Below, piece after piece: positions 44,809-46,706 of a stretch of 46,706 bases of DNA. A program made the position numbers and the translations under genes. The notes beneath the pieces are model-generated. The model had not been told where the DNA came from. It made no database searches and worked only from the letters and a program-made list of their open reading frames with translations. Position 1 is the stretch's first letter. Each line of letters begins with the position of its first letter. The stretch is from an uncultured beta proteobacterium (lineage in GTDB: Bacteria > Pseudomonadota > Gammaproteobacteria > Burkholderiales > Burkholderiaceae_C), in the NCBI GenBank assembly GCA_903840825.1, contig CAIMHL010000561.1, positions 1 through 46,706 on the forward strand. The letters are read 5' to 3'.

Positions 44809-46706
44809 ATGAACCCTTTGCGACGCTTGTTAAATGTGGCACCCAAGACGCAGGTTTATCTGGCAGCCGCCTTGGTGTGGCTGGTGTTTCTGTGGGCAGG
44901 CTTAGGCTTTTTTCTGGCCAATAACATCAACCAGCGCCTAGAAAGGCTGTCTTCCTACTCTAAATTGGTGCTGGCCATTGCTGTCCCTGTTTTGGCAGAC
45001 GCTGCTGTGGCGAATAAGACGGTCCTGATTCAGCAAACGCTGGACGCTGCAGCCCAAAGCCCCTTCATTAGCGGGCTGACCGTGACCTCGCCGAGCGGCC
45101 TTGTGCTGTGGCAAAGCGTTGAGGTAAAGCACCTGTTGACGGCGCCAGAGTGGCTGAACAATGGGTTGAAAAGCCTGCTTCCCGAGGTTCAAAAGCCGCT
45201 GTTGGCCGATGGGCGCTTAGTGGGCGCGCTGAGGTTTGACTATGCGACTGAATCACTGGCCAACGAGTTTTGGACTTTGCTAAAAAAGTCGTTGTTGTTT
45301 GCCTTGCTGTTGGCGGGCTTTGGCGTCGCGTTGGGCCTCATCCCTCTGAGGCGTGCCATGCAAAATTTATCTGCATTGGGTCATCAGGCTGAGGTCACCT
45401 TGCTGGCCATCCATGAGGGCGTTATCAGTTGCACGGAACAGTACAAACTGGTCTCTATCAACCCGGCCGCCCAGCGATTGTTAGGTTTTAGCGCCGCCGA
45501 CGTGCCGGGCCTGTTGGGGCAAGATGTTCGTGCCTTATTGCCCGATATGTTTCTTGACAACGAAGTGGCCACCAATTGGGTGGCCCGTGCTTACGCCTTT
45601 CGCGGCAAAGATGGCGTGCAATTGATGCTTGAAACCGGGCTGGCCGATGTCGCGGGCAGCGATGTGAATTCGGTCCGCAAGGTGGTGACTCTGCGCGATG
45701 TTAATCACGCCCACGCGCTGATCCTGGCTCAGAAATCCGAGTTGCTGGCGCATAAAAATGCGCTCGCTGGCATGAAAAGAGTGGCAGATTCAGTTTTACT
45801 GGCCACGCAGACCAGTCACGTCACTCAGATCGATCCGCTTCCCAGTGGCGCCAGTGAACTAAGCTATGTGACCGATTGGATAGTTGACATGGTGGCCGAG
45901 CGTGAAAAAAGCCGGCGAGATATCGAACACCAAAAATTTGCGATGGACCAGCACGCCATTGTGATGACCTGTGACAACAACGGTGTCATCACCTATGCCA
46001 ACGAACGGTTTTGCACCTTGAGTGGCTTTGACCAAGCCGAGTTACTGGGTCAAAAGTTTCGTCATTTAGTGCAAATCCAAAATGCCGAGCTTTTTTACTC
46101 AAGCATGTTTGCTGTAATTTCTAATGGTCAGGTGTGGCGGGGGTCCTTGCAAGCCAAAAATAAGCAGGGAGGTACTTATTGGGTCAACACCACCGTGGTG
46201 CCCTTCTGCAACGAGTATTTGGCTCATGAGAGCTACATGGTGATTGGCACTGATGCAACAGAAGACCAGCAAAACAAGTCCGACTTAAGCGCACAACTAG
46301 AGCTGATGTCGGTGCTGCTTGAGTCCATCCCCATCGCTATTTATTTCAAAGACAGCCAAGGGCGTTACTCCTTGGTTAATCCCGCCTTTGATAAGCTCTT
46401 TGGCTTGAATCGCAAAGATTTGATGGGCCAGACGGCCCGCTATATCGTGCCGCTGCCTTATGCCGAGTTTTCCATTGAAAAAGACACAAGTTTGCGCGCA
46501 TCGGGCGGGGTTCAAGTTTTTGAGGCGTCTTATGTCAACCCAATAACGGGGCTTAACGTGGATTTGTCCTACAGCAAAGCACTGACCACTGATGATCAGG
46601 GCAACATCACAGGCATTGTGGGTGCGATTGTGGATGTGACCGAGCGCAACCAGCGCCAGCGCCAGTTGCTGGAGGCTACGCGCCTGGCCGAGTCTGCAAG
46701 CCGGGC
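44809..46706 (+). CDS. Membrane-anchored multi-PAS sensor, probably a hybrid histidine kinase; 3' end outside window
   Basis: Absent from the ORF track. Manual translation from ATG 44809 is open to the end: two TM segments, three PAS-like domains (SINPAAQRLLG; TYANERFCTLSG; YFKDSQGRYSLVNPAF), ending LAESASR, the usual lead-in to a HisKA H-box. Confidence 0.85.
   Translation, partial: MNPLRRLLNVAPKTQVYLAAALVWLVFLWAGLGFFLANNINQRLERLSSYSKLVLAIAVPVLADAAVANKTVLIQQTLDAAAQSPFISGLTVTSPSGLVLWQSVEVKHLLTAPEWLNNGLKSLLPEVQKPLLADGRLVGALRFDYATESLANEFWTLLKKSLLFALLLAGFGVALGLIPLRRAMQNLSALGHQAEVTLLAIHEGVISCTEQYKLVSINPAAQRLLGFSAADVPGLLGQDVRALLPDMFLDNEVATNWVARAYAFRGKDGVQLMLETGLADVAGSDVNSVRKVVTLRDVNHAHALILAQKSELLAHKNALAGMKRVADSVLLATQTSHVTQIDPLPSGASELSYVTDWIVDMVAEREKSRRDIEHQKFAMDQHAIVMTCDNNGVITYANERFCTLSGFDQAELLGQKFRHLVQIQNAELFYSSMFAVISNGQVWRGSLQAKNKQGGTYWVNTTVVPFCNEYLAHESYMVIGTDATEDQQNKSDLSAQLELMSVLLESIPIAIYFKDSQGRYSLVNPAFDKLFGLNRKDLMGQTARYIVPLPYAEFSIEKDTSLRASGGVQVFEASYVNPITGLNVDLSYSKALTTDDQGNITGIVGAIVDVTERNQRQRQLLEATRLAESASR

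Noticed and set aside
1-46706. CRISPR array, tRNA/rRNA, integrase, transposase or phage genes
   Set aside because: None recognised; the dispersed motif copies are kilobases apart and degenerate, not an array

Overview
GC-rich betaproteobacterial chromosome segment; gene content suggests Comamonadaceae, Rhodoferax-like (inference). Left 13.7 kb is a minus-strand run: ftsY, ynjB-like binding protein, esterase, YegD-like Hsp70, ynjC/D/F-like genes, a DedA/TVP38-flavin disulfide reductase fusion, DUF3047, a SelD-N-terminal-like flavoprotein, an exosortase-type N-acyltransferase and a PaaK-like ligase cut by the window edge. Next are an M16 peptidase pair, a DUF433/DUF5615 toxin-antitoxin pair, rarA, livHMGF, a frameshifted glycerate kinase, a Crp/Fnr regulator behind a perfect FNR box, an orphan ParA with an in-frame amber codon, xdhBA, LysR and a purine ABC transporter. 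The right part has HiPIP, two cryptochrome/photolyases, dienelactone hydrolase, a ZIP transporter, a UPF0175/DUF3368 pair with a frameshifted toxin, SseA, DMT, a Rieske oxygenase and a partial multi-PAS sensor kinase. The most striking signal is a degenerate, fixed-length ~63-bp motif: a 17-bp quasi-palindrome (G/A)CTA-N9-TAGC, then T-N6-GCA, TTT at 52-54 and an A-rich end. It occurs at least 8 times (up to 11), mostly inside genes, on both strands and in different reading frames, without indels. It looks like a DNA-level code overprinted on coding sequence. All calls come from manual reading; no database searches were run.
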